DNA of 64,000 bases from Aquificaceae bacterium (GCA_037925075.1 JAXSNR010000002.1:448001-512000); one strand, 5' to 3'; counted from the first letter of the stretch, positions 1 through 8,209 are shown. Made by a program: numbers and translations. Notes: generated from the letters alone by a model not told the origin.

Positions 1-73
1 GAGGGATGGAGACAAATAAATCTTTTGGATAAAATTATTAACAAGTTTTAAGCCTACTATGAGGGATGATAAC
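1..73 (+). CRISPR. Trailer end of a CRISPR array that continues upstream of the window: partial repeat 1-13, 31-nt spacer 14-44, degenerate terminal repeat 45-73
   Basis: 1-13 GAGGGATGGAGAC equals the 3' end of the repeat at 3422-3450; 45-73 GTTTTAAGCCTACTATGAGGGATGATAAC is a 29-nt degenerate copy. Confidence 0.9.
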
Positions 74-91
74 AGCACTTAGCAAAAGAAG

Positions 92-568
92 ATGATAAGA
101 GAAATGAAGCCAGAGGATATTGAGCATGTGCTAAAAATAAGTGAAGAATGCTTTAACTCCGACGCATGGAATAGAAAGGCTTTTGAAAGGGAGTTTGAGC
201 TTGAACACTCCTATAGGTTTGTTATTGAAGAGGGGGGAGTTATAGTAGGTTATGCGGTGGTTTGGAGGATATTTGAAGATGCCACCCTTATGTCCATAGC
301 CATAAGGAAGGATATGTGGGGGAAGGGCTACGGAAAAAGGCTTATGGAGTTTCTCATAGACTACTTTAGGGGGAAAGTTCAGAGGTTCCTTCTGGATGTA
401 AGAAGGTCCAACATAAGGGCTATAAGGCTTTACCAGTCCCTTGGTTTTAAGATAGTTTCGGAGAGAAAAAATTATTACTCGGACGGCGAAAACGCCTTTC
501 AGATGGTGCTTGAACTGGAGGAAGGAGATGCATATAAAGGGAAGACCTTTGAGACTACTCATACCTGA
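92..568 (+). CDS. rimI: Ribosomal protein S18-alanine N-acetyltransferase (GNAT)
   Basis: GNAT motifs WGKGYGKRLM, LDVRRSNIRAIRLYQSLGF, RKNYYSDGENA. Confidence 0.85.
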   Translation: MIREMKPEDIEHVLKISEECFNSDAWNRKAFEREFELEHSYRFVIEEGGVIVGYAVVWRIFEDATLMSIAIRKDMWGKGYGKRLMEFLIDYFRGKVQRFLLDVRRSNIRAIRLYQSLGFKIVSERKNYYSDGENAFQMVLELEEGDAYKGKTFETTHT

Positions 569-1052
569 GGAGGAAATAAGGGAAAGGGTCAAGGGGCTTG
601 CGAAGGAAATACAGGATTATTTTGGTGAGCCTTTTCTTGTGATAGGTCTTTTGAAGGGCGCCTTTGTCTTTACCGCAGACCTCATAAGGGCTTTTGATAT
701 CCCAGTTCAGGTGGATTTTATGTGGGTTTCCAGTTATGGCTCTTCCCAAGAAAGTCAGGGACACATCAAAGTTATAAAGGACCTTGACAGGGATATAGAA
801 GGTCTTAGGGTCTTGCTTGTGGATGATATACTGGACACGGGCTACACCCTTGCGGAAGTTTATAGACTCCTCAAATTAAAGGGTGCCAAAGAGATAAAAA
901 CTTGCGTCTTGCTTGACAAGAAGGAAAGGAGAAGGGTGGATTTTCATGCGGACTTTGTGGGCTTTGAAGTGCCTAACCTCTTTCTTGTGGGTTATGGACT
1001 GGATTGGGACGAAGAAGGGAGAAACCTCAGAGGCATATATGCGGTGGAGTAA
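528..1052 (+). CDS. hpt: Hypoxanthine phosphoribosyltransferase
   Basis: LLKGAFVFTADL, VSSYG, PRPP loop VLLVDDILDTGYTL, VGYGLD; start moved to ATG 528. Confidence 0.93.
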   Translation: MHIKGRPLRLLIPEEEIRERVKGLAKEIQDYFGEPFLVIGLLKGAFVFTADLIRAFDIPVQVDFMWVSSYGSSQESQGHIKVIKDLDRDIEGLRVLLVDDILDTGYTLAEVYRLLKLKGAKEIKTCVLLDKKERRRVDFHADFVGFEVPNLFLVGYGLDWDEEGRNLRGIYAVE

Positions 1053-1055
1053 ATG

Positions 1056-1643
1056 CTAAGTTAAGATTTCACCTATTTCTACTCCCACCGCACCCGCTTT
1101 TAGCATCTCCTCTATCGCCCTTTCGGAGTCTCCGGGCTTTACATCCACACCCTTTATACCGTCAAGGAGAAGAAAGGCTTGATAGCCAAGGTTTATGGCT
1201 CCAAGCACTGTGTTTTTGACGCAGTAGTCAGTCGCAACGCCACCCACAAAGACCCTTTTAATGCCTCTTTCTCTTAGGAGGCTGTCAAGCACCGTGCCTT
1301 GAAAACCAGAATAGGCGTCAAAGTCTGGGCTTGTTCCCTTTGAGATTATAAAGCGGTTATCGTGGGGGATAAAAAGCTCCTCATGAAACTTTGCACCTTC
1401 CGTGCCTTGCACACAGTGAGGTGGCCAAAGGCCTCCTTGCTCCTTGAAAGATATATGGTTTGGTGGATGCCAGTCCCTTGTGAAGAAAACGGGCAATCCC
1501 AACTTGGAGAATAGCTCTATGTACTTATTAAGCCTTGGCACTATCTTGTCTCCCTCAGGCACAGGAAGGGCTCCGCCGGGCATAAAATCCTTTTGCATAT
1601 CCACCACTATAAGGGCATCCCTTTTGGTAGGTAATACTCTCAT
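1056..1643 (-). CDS. pncA: Nicotinamidase/pyrazinamidase (isochorismatase family)
   Basis: VVDMQKDFMPGGAL, TRDWHP, WPPHCVQGT, GVATDYCV. Confidence 0.93.
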   Translation of the reverse strand: MRVLPTKRDALIVVDMQKDFMPGGALPVPEGDKIVPRLNKYIELFSKLGLPVFFTRDWHPPNHISFKEQGGLWPPHCVQGTEGAKFHEELFIPHDNRFIISKGTSPDFDAYSGFQGTVLDSLLRERGIKRVFVGGVATDYCVKNTVLGAINLGYQAFLLLDGIKGVDVKPGDSERAIEEMLKAGAVGVEIGEILT

Positions 1644-2284
1644 GGCAAAACCTCCACGGGTACCTCTTCTTTTAATTTAATCTCTTCAAGGCTTACTGAA
1701 CATTTGTATGCCTTTATCTCAAGCCCAAGCCTGTGGTACTCAAAAAGAGCCTCAGAAAAGTCCCTATCCACCTCCCAGTTGGGAGAAAAGACCCGTGCGT
1801 CCTCTCTTTGCACCACAAAGACCACAAGAGGCTTGTAGCCCTCTTTTGATAACTCTATAAGCTTTTTTATATGCTCTTTTCCTCTTTTTGTGGGAGCGTC
1901 TGGGAAAAGGGCTACGCCAGATTTGACAAGGTTTACAGATTTGACCTCAACGGGCCTACCTTCCAAAAGAAGGTCAAACCTCTTATTCCCAAAGCGTGGC
2001 TCAAAGGAAACACAAGAACCCACATACTCCGCATACAACTTGGGAGCTATATGGGAGTCTATGCATACAAGATAGCCATCCTTCTTTGCAAGGACTATTT
2101 CAAAGGGATGTTTTCCCTCTTGCTTTTCCGTTATATAAACCTCATTGTCCTCAAAAAGCAATTCACTAAGCCTTCCCGTGTTTCTTATGTAGGCGGTAAA
2201 GGTTTTACCCTCAAAGGATACAAGGCCTACGAACCTGTTTAGCCTTCTTATAAAGCTTGCCTTTTTAAGCTCTGGAAACCTCAT
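1640..2284 (-). CDS. sfsA: SfsA family DNA/RNA-binding PD-(D/E)XK nuclease-like protein
   Basis: RRLNRF, IRNTGRL, RFDLLL..VEVKSV, FPDAPTKRGKEH. Confidence 0.92.
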   Translation of the reverse strand: MRFPELKKASFIRRLNRFVGLVSFEGKTFTAYIRNTGRLSELLFEDNEVYITEKQEGKHPFEIVLAKKDGYLVCIDSHIAPKLYAEYVGSCVSFEPRFGNKRFDLLLEGRPVEVKSVNLVKSGVALFPDAPTKRGKEHIKKLIELSKEGYKPLVVFVVQREDARVFSPNWEVDRDFSEALFEYHRLGLEIKAYKCSVSLEEIKLKEEVPVEVLP

Positions 2285-2289
2285 CTTTT

Positions 2290-2380
2290 AGAAAGGCCCC
2301 ACCGGGCGGTGGGGCAAAACAATTAGGGGAGGGAGGGGGAGGGAGTTTCTAATAGCCCCTAATTTTCTGTCCTTTATAGG
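2290..2380 (-). ncRNA. Putative ~90-nt small RNA with a C-rich loop and terminator
   Basis: Own consensus promoter; 9-bp stem AAUUAGGGG/CCCCUAAUU enclosing CUCCCUCCCCCUCCCU; terminator hairpin; no ORF. Confidence 0.55.
2291..2315 (-). terminator. Intrinsic terminator-like hairpin
   Basis: Minus strand GCCCCACC-GCCC-GGTGGGGC (8-bp GC stem) followed by CTTTCT. Confidence 0.7.
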
Positions 2381-2385
2381 GTATT

Positions 2386-2413
2386 ATTATATACAAAAAT
2401 TTTTTCTTGTCAA
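2386..2413 (-). promoter_or_regulatory. Sigma70 promoter for the putative sRNA (and possibly sfsA-pncA by readthrough)
   Basis: Minus strand TTGACA (2413-2408)-N16-TATAAT (2391-2386). Confidence 0.75.
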
Positions 2414-3138
2414 GGGATCTCATAACACAGTTTTATTACACCCATTCCCATGGTGCATTTTTTACCAACGCCAGAGAACTCTCCAAACTTCAAAAGAGCA
2501 TGGACCAGTTTAGAAAGCTCCCTATCTTCAACACCAAAGATTACATTACCCACAAAGCCCCTTAGCTTTCCAAAGGATAGCTCCACTGTTTCAACCCTTA
2601 TCTTATGTGCCAATATGTACGCATTTGAATAAACGCCGTAGAGTAAGTCTTCTTCTTTTATCGGAAAGGGATGGAAGCTAACCCATTTCCTATATAGGCT
2701 TCTAAAGATAGTTTGAGGGTCTGGGAGAGGATAGTCCCACCTACCTTTTCTGAAAACGGTGGGCTTTATAAAATCCACAGAATAACTCTCTTTTGGTTCA
2801 AGGTTAAGAAGCTCCTCATAAGAGATTGCCTCTTCTTCTCTTATGCCACCGGGTACTATGGGCTTAAGCTCTGAATTTCCAAGTGCATAAGCTTCCTTAG
2901 ATAGGTAGTAGCGACTAACAAGCGGTGGAAAAAGCTCATCCCTCAATAGGCAAAGCCTAAACCATACCTGCCCTTCAGAATTGCCATAGGCTTTTATGCT
3001 AAAGGGCTTTTCCTTTTCTCCATGAAGTTTTTCGGAAATCTCTTTGGGAAATAGAGAAAATACTAAGGCATGCACAAGGTCGTTTTTTAACTCCACATTC
3101 TGTTTGGACCTAAACCTTAACAAAAGCCTTATAGGCAC
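2410..3138 (-). CDS. cas6: CRISPR endoribonuclease Cas6
   Basis: C-terminal Gly-rich loop GEFSGVGKKCTMGMG, KPFS, FIKPTVFR, PLPDP; adjacent to array; GTG start. Confidence 0.92.
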   Translation of the reverse strand: MPIRLLLRFRSKQNVELKNDLVHALVFSLFPKEISEKLHGEKEKPFSIKAYGNSEGQVWFRLCLLRDELFPPLVSRYYLSKEAYALGNSELKPIVPGGIREEEAISYEELLNLEPKESYSVDFIKPTVFRKGRWDYPLPDPQTIFRSLYRKWVSFHPFPIKEEDLLYGVYSNAYILAHKIRVETVELSFGKLRGFVGNVIFGVEDRELSKLVHALLKFGEFSGVGKKCTMGMGVIKLCYEIP

Positions 3139-3421
3139 GTATAATATAATATGTCAGGAAGGTTAGGGGCAAAAAAGCCCCTTGACATCTTGGCATTTGA
3201 ATAGGGCTTTAGTTGTGCCATAAAGCCGTAAAGACATAATTACGGTTTTACGGCAATACGGCGTGGGCTTAAAAGCCTTGTCTCTCAATGGTTTAAATTT
3301 GACAATAACATACTCAACCTTGCATAACCTGAAGCTTTTGGCAAAATACCTTCATTTGAAAGGGGTGGGGTATTGACAAAAGCTTTGATAGTTCTTATTA
3401 TTTTTTATGTGCTTGTGCGAG
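3139..3421 (+). promoter_or_regulatory. CRISPR leader / divergent cas6-array control region
   Basis: Non-coding; TTGACA (3373-3378)-N17-TATTAT (3396-3401) points into repeat 1. Confidence 0.75.
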
Positions 3422-3584
3422 GTTTTAAGCCCACCGTGAGGGATGGAGACAATTGATAAAACTCTCTGCTTTTTTCTATTCTGTCATTGTTTTAAGCCCA
3501 CCGTGAGGGATGGTGACACAAAATGAACCCCCTTAAACATTTTCTCAAGTAGCAAGTTTTAAGCCCACCGTGAGGGATAGAAAC
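3422..3584 (+). CRISPR. CRISPR mini-array: 3 repeats (29 nt) and 2 spacers (38 nt)
   Basis: Repeats 3422-3450, 3489-3517, 3556-3584 share GTTTTAAGCCCACCGTGAGGGAT; spacers 3451-3488 and 3518-3555. Confidence 0.95.
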
Positions 3585-3611
3585 CTCTTTTGACAACTTG
3601 CCTAAAGCTTC

Positions 3612-3640
3612 TTGACTTTGCTATTGAGGTATCTTACAAT
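3612..3640 (+). promoter_or_regulatory. Sigma70 promoter of the csm operon
   Basis: TTGACT (3612-3617)-N17-TACAAT (3635-3640), 19 nt before ATG 3660. Confidence 0.7.
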
Positions 3641-3659
3641 AATCACTGCGGGGGAGAAT

Positions 3660-6017
3660 ATGGAAGAAAAAGAAAGATATTTGGTCGCTTTAGCTGGGTT
3701 GTTTCATGATGTGGGGAAGTTAGCGGATAGGTCTGGTGAAAGGGCTGGTGAAGGATACGAGGAAAGGTTTGGATATGCTCATGCTAAACTGTCTTTTGAT
3801 TTTATGGAAAAGTTGCTCAGGGATAAGCTAAGGGAAGAGGACTATAAGGTTATACTTTCTGGTGCATACCATCACAAGCCCGAAGGTTGTGAAGAGGCTT
3901 ACCAACATTACGCAAAAATCATCCAGTCTGCGGACCGAAACTCAAGCAAAGAAAGAAGCAAAAGAGAAGAGGAAGAAGCTCAAAGGCAATTCAAAAGACT
4001 TAGGCCTGTTTTTCTTGGTATCAAAGTTGAGGATTTTGGCTATCAAGAGGATAGGGATTATTACATAGGCTTAAAACCTCTTGAGCTTGAAAAGGAAATA
4101 CTTTTTCCAAAAGAAGGTAGGCTTGAAAAGGGTGAGGAAGAATACAAAGAACTCTACGAAAAGCTAAAAGAAGATATAAAAAAGATAGACTTTTCTCACC
4201 TCCAGAAGGCTTTTCTTAAGGCATATCATACTTTCTACCGCTATTGCTGGTGCGTGCCTGCATCTGCATATTCCGCATATGATAGAGAAAAAGGAACAAG
4301 GCATTATAAAGATAAAGGAAGAAGGCATTATCCAGATATATCCCTTTTTGACCATTCAAGGATGCTCTCCGCCATTGCTTGTGGTCTTCTCACTGAATAC
4401 AACAAAAAGGAAAAAATAAAAAAGCTTATTCTTGTAGATGGAGACATTAGCGGTGTTCAAAATTTTCTTTTTTCCCTTGCTAATGTAAAGGGTGTAGCCA
4501 AAAGGTTAAGGGGTAGAAGCTTTTTCCTTACTATGCTACCTCATTTGATTGCAAGGTCTATGCTATGGGAGTTGGGCTATCCTCTTTGCAATCTCGTTTA
4601 TGCGGGTGGTGGTAAGTTTTTGGTATTGTTAGGCTATGAAAATGGTATAGAAGAAAAGCTAAGAAACTTTGCCAAAAAGGTGGAATACGCTCTTATCAAA
4701 GCCTTTGGTGGAAAGCTTGGTTTTGTGCTTTCGTGGATTTCTATATATGCGGAGGAGCTTACTGAGAACTTTAAGGATATCATGAAAAAGCTCTACGATG
4801 AAATTGACGAGCAAAAGAGGAGAAAGTTTTATCTAACTATGAAAGACTTTGAAAATCTTGTAAAGGAAAAGGAAAGGGGGATTGGTCTTTGTCCATCCTG
4901 TAGGTGGGAGATGTTAAAGGAAGGTCAGGAGGTTTGCGATTGGTGTGAGACTTTTTATAAGCTTGGCGATGCCCTTTTAAAGGCGGAATATGTCGCTTTT
5001 GACGACAATAGGGAAAAGTTTAACGATAAAAGCCACTTTTATCTTGAGGGTATTGGTGGGGTCTGTTTGCTTGAAAAGGAAGACCAGAGCTTTAAAGAGG
5101 TTTATCTCATAAATCAAACGGACTTTTTGGAAAGGGGAGTAGATGGCTTTCTGTTTTTTGGTAAATACGTGCCAAAAATGGAGGAGGGCGGAAAGACTGC
5201 GGATTTTGAAACTTTGGCGGAAAGGGCGGAAGGAGACAAAAAGATTGCCTTTGTGCTTGGGGATGTGGATTTTCTTGGGTTTATACTTCAATCCATAGAG
5301 GAATATTCTCCCTCAAGGCTTGCGACACTGAGCAGAAGCCTTGACCTTTTCTTTTCTGGCTACCTCAATACTTTCCTAAAGGACTCTAACATATATACTC
5401 TCTACTCGGGAGGTGATGACTTTTTCCTCATAGGTCCATGGGACGAGATGGTGGATAAGATACTTAAATTAAAGGAAGAATTTGATGAATACACTACTTA
5501 CAATCCTGCTATTAATTTTTCTGTGGGCTTTCATGTGGATAGACCAGAGGCACCAGTGAGGTTTGTGGGAGAATATGCGGAAAGGGAGGAAAAGAAGGTA
5601 AAGGAAGAAAAAACCAAAAAGCTTGAAGAAAATGGTATAAACAATCTTCCACACTTTTCCATACTTGGTGAGCTTTTGACACAAGATGACTTATCTAAAG
5701 GTCTTGAGAGTGCGAAAAGTTTGATAAAACTCGTAGAAAAACGAGAGGTGGGTAGGTCCTTTTTGTATAGGATGTACATGTTAATGAGACAATACCAAGA
5801 AAAGAAGAAAGGCGGAGGATGGTGGAAGTTCTATCCCTTGTTCTACTACCAGCTTTACAGAAATGTAAAGGATGAACATCACGGCAAACTGGAAGAGGTT
5901 TTTATTGACAAAAGCGGGAGCTACAACCCAAGGAAAAATGCCCTTTTTATCTCAAAGTATGTGATAATGAAAACAAGGGGTAAGGATTTGTCAGAAAATG
6001 CGGGAAATAAAAGTTAG
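3660..6017 (+). CDS. cas10: Type III-A Cas10/Csm1 with HD nuclease and Palm (cOA synthase) domains
   Basis: LAGLFHDVGK (HD), DISLFDH, GDISGVQNF, LRGRSF, CPSC..CDWC Zn finger, YSGGDDF; start reassigned to ATG 3660 after GGGGGAG. Confidence 0.96.
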   Translation: MEEKERYLVALAGLFHDVGKLADRSGERAGEGYEERFGYAHAKLSFDFMEKLLRDKLREEDYKVILSGAYHHKPEGCEEAYQHYAKIIQSADRNSSKERSKREEEEAQRQFKRLRPVFLGIKVEDFGYQEDRDYYIGLKPLELEKEILFPKEGRLEKGEEEYKELYEKLKEDIKKIDFSHLQKAFLKAYHTFYRYCWCVPASAYSAYDREKGTRHYKDKGRRHYPDISLFDHSRMLSAIACGLLTEYNKKEKIKKLILVDGDISGVQNFLFSLANVKGVAKRLRGRSFFLTMLPHLIARSMLWELGYPLCNLVYAGGGKFLVLLGYENGIEEKLRNFAKKVEYALIKAFGGKLGFVLSWISIYAEELTENFKDIMKKLYDEIDEQKRRKFYLTMKDFENLVKEKERGIGLCPSCRWEMLKEGQEVCDWCETFYKLGDALLKAEYVAFDDNREKFNDKSHFYLEGIGGVCLLEKEDQSFKEVYLINQTDFLERGVDGFLFFGKYVPKMEEGGKTADFETLAERAEGDKKIAFVLGDVDFLGFILQSIEEYSPSRLATLSRSLDLFFSGYLNTFLKDSNIYTLYSGGDDFFLIGPWDEMVDKILKLKEEFDEYTTYNPAINFSVGFHVDRPEAPVRFVGEYAEREEKKVKEEKTKKLEENGINNLPHFSILGELLTQDDLSKGLESAKSLIKLVEKREVGRSFLYRMYMLMRQYQEKKKGGGWWKFYPLFYYQLYRNVKDEHHGKLEEVFIDKSGSYNPRKNALFISKYVIMKTRGKDLSENAGNKS

Positions 6018-6027
6018 GAGGTAAAAC

Positions 6028-6450
6028 ATGGAGCAGGGAGGAAGGCAAGGTAATCAGCAAGAGAGCTATGTTGATAAGTTTCTCGGAAAGCTTAGAGAAC
6101 TTGGAAACGACCTTTCAAAGTTAGAAGACAAGCTTATATTCCATCCGGAAGAAGGCTACGCCAAAAAAATTGTTGATAAACTTGAACTAGAAGGTGTCCA
6201 ACTGAGGAGGTTTTATGCGGAGATAAGGAATATATACGAAAAGAGTAAGGAGGGCAGGAATATTTTATACTACCTATATAGGCTCTATCCTATAACTGAA
6301 TATCAGGTAAATAGAAGGGTTATAAATAAGCAATTTGGAGAGCTTGTAAAGGGGATACTTAAAGCCCTTGAAAAAGATCACTCAGAAGAAAGCTTGCGTA
6401 AAGCTTCTGATTTTTTTATGGCAATGGTAGCATACTCTAAGACTAGATAA
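6028..6450 (+). CDS. csm2: Type III-A small subunit Csm2
   Basis: Helical 140-aa protein with QLRRFY and FFMAMVAY; lies between cas10 and csm3. Confidence 0.9.
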   Translation: MEQGGRQGNQQESYVDKFLGKLRELGNDLSKLEDKLIFHPEEGYAKKIVDKLELEGVQLRRFYAEIRNIYEKSKEGRNILYYLYRLYPITEYQVNRRVINKQFGELVKGILKALEKDHSEESLRKASDFFMAMVAYSKTR

Positions 6451-6464
6451 ATGGGAGGTTTGCC

Positions 6465-7295
6465 ATGTTTGAGTTTTTGGGTTCTCTCATTTTTGAGTAC
6501 CAGCTAAAGGTACTGACTGGTCTTCACATAGGAGGTTCAAAGGAAAACTTTGACATAGGAGGTATAGACAATCCAGTTATAAAGACGTACATTAGCATAC
6601 CAAACTTTTATGAAGATGGTTCTGATCTTCCAAAAGGTGCTCCTTATATACCGGGTTCATCTTTGAAGGGTAAGATAAGAAGTCTTCTTGAGTGGGCTCT
6701 TGGTATGGTGGAGAATAAAGTGAGAAATGGAAATACGCAAAATATTGAAGAAGCTGGCAAGCCTTGTAGCTGTGGAAAGTGTGATGTATGTGTGCTTTTT
6801 GGCACAGGAGACGCAAAAACCTTGGAAAGGCTTAGTTTAGAAAAACAGCCCGGACCTCCGAGACTCATTTTCAGTGATGCTTATCCCACCTTAGAAACAC
6901 TGAAGAATATTGAAGAAGAGCTTGGTGAGGGTATATATACGGAAATAAAGACGGAGACTCAGATAAACAGGATAAACTCAAAGGCAAATCCTCGCAAGAT
7001 GGAAAGGGTGCCTGCGGGTGCAATCTTTAAAGGAAGGATTGTTTTTAACGTGTATAAGGAAGACGATAAAAAGAAGATTGAGGTACTCCTGCAAGGTATG
7101 AAGATGTTAGAAGATAACTTCCTCGGAGGTGCTGGTTCAAGGGGTTATGGTAGGGTAAAGTTTGAAAATATAGAGGTGGTCTTTAAGAGTAAGGATGCTT
7201 ACCTCAAAAAGGTGGAGATTAAGAAGCCTAATATTGATAAATTTAGAAGCTTAGAGGAAATAGATGTTGAAAAGTTGGAAGAGCTATGTTCCTGA
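6465..7295 (+). CDS. csm3: Type III-A RAMP Csm3
   Basis: TGLHIGG, GGIDNPVIK (catalytic Asp), PYIPGSSLKGKIRSLLE, LGGAGSRGYG. Confidence 0.95.
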   Translation: MFEFLGSLIFEYQLKVLTGLHIGGSKENFDIGGIDNPVIKTYISIPNFYEDGSDLPKGAPYIPGSSLKGKIRSLLEWALGMVENKVRNGNTQNIEEAGKPCSCGKCDVCVLFGTGDAKTLERLSLEKQPGPPRLIFSDAYPTLETLKNIEEELGEGIYTEIKTETQINRINSKANPRKMERVPAGAIFKGRIVFNVYKEDDKKKIEVLLQGMKMLEDNFLGGAGSRGYGRVKFENIEVVFKSKDAYLKKVEIKKPNIDKFRSLEEIDVEKLEELCS

Positions 7296-8209
7296 TTTTA
7301 TCTTTTAAACCATTTGGTTTTTTAAGCTCTTTGCCTACCGCACACACTTTTTTTGGAGTTTTCTGTTGGGGTGTTAGGCTATTTTATGGAGAGGAAAAGC
7401 TTAAGGAGTTTTTAAACTCATACAAGGAAAGCCCAGCCCTGCTATTTTCTTCGCCTATATACAAGAGAGATAATAAGTTATTTTTCCCTAAACCTGCCTA
7501 TTTAAAAATTAAAGAAGAATCACCGCAAGCTTATAGCCTGCAAGCTTATAGAAACCGCAAAAAGCTTAAGACCATAAAGTTTGTATCAGAGGATGTTCTA
7601 AGGAAATTCTTGGAAGGTAAAGAGTTAGAATTTTCTGAGCTTCTTAATGAAGGAGATATTTATGAGACCGCCTTGATACCTCATGCCAGTATAAACAGAA
7701 TTACAAACACAACCACTGGAGGAGAGCTATTTTTTGAAAGTATATACGGCACATCTGAGTTTATTGTCCTGATAAAGATAAATAGATGGATTTTTAATGA
7801 GGAACCAAAAAAGTTATTCTCCGCAATTTACAATCTTTTACCACTTGGTGGAAATAAATCCACCGGTAGAGGTCTTTTTGAAGTTAGCATACAGGAGCCA
7901 CCGCAATGGCTTTTGGAGTACGCCAACAGAGATGGTGAGTATTTTTACAGTCTTTCTGACTTCTTGTACGATGATTCCTTTGATTTGGATGGGAGCTATT
8001 ATGAGGTGGAGGCAAAAAGGTTTGCGGTGGAAAACTACTTTGAGAAATCAGACCTACTTTGGAAGGGTCCTATGCTTATTATAAAGGCTGGTGCCATAAT
8101 GAAAACTAAGGGTAAAAAGGAAAGCTACGGCATGCTAAAGGAATTTCATAATAAATATTACCACTATGGTTATGCCTTTCCCATCTATATGAGGGGGAAG
8201 CCAAAATGA
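7286..8209 (+). CDS. csm4: Type III-A RAMP Csm4
   Basis: PTAHTFFG, SINR, LGGNKSTGRGLF, YHYGYAFP. Confidence 0.9.
   Translation: MFLILSFKPFGFLSSLPTAHTFFGVFCWGVRLFYGEEKLKEFLNSYKESPALLFSSPIYKRDNKLFFPKPAYLKIKEESPQAYSLQAYRNRKKLKTIKFVSEDVLRKFLEGKELEFSELLNEGDIYETALIPHASINRITNTTTGGELFFESIYGTSEFIVLIKINRWIFNEEPKKLFSAIYNLLPLGGNKSTGRGLFEVSIQEPPQWLLEYANRDGEYFYSLSDFLYDDSFDLDGSYYEVEAKRFAVENYFEKSDLLWKGPMLIIKAGAIMKTKGKKESYGMLKEFHNKYYHYGYAFPIYMRGKPK

Noticed and set aside
2345..2360. GTTTCTAATAG on the plus strand resembling the start of another Aquificae-type CRISPR repeat
   Set aside because: Only about 9 nt are similar and there is no second copy.
3612..3659. ORF-track N-terminal extension of cas10 from TTG 3612
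   Set aside because: It coincides with the -35/-10 promoter; ATG 3660 has an RBS and sits just before the HD motif.
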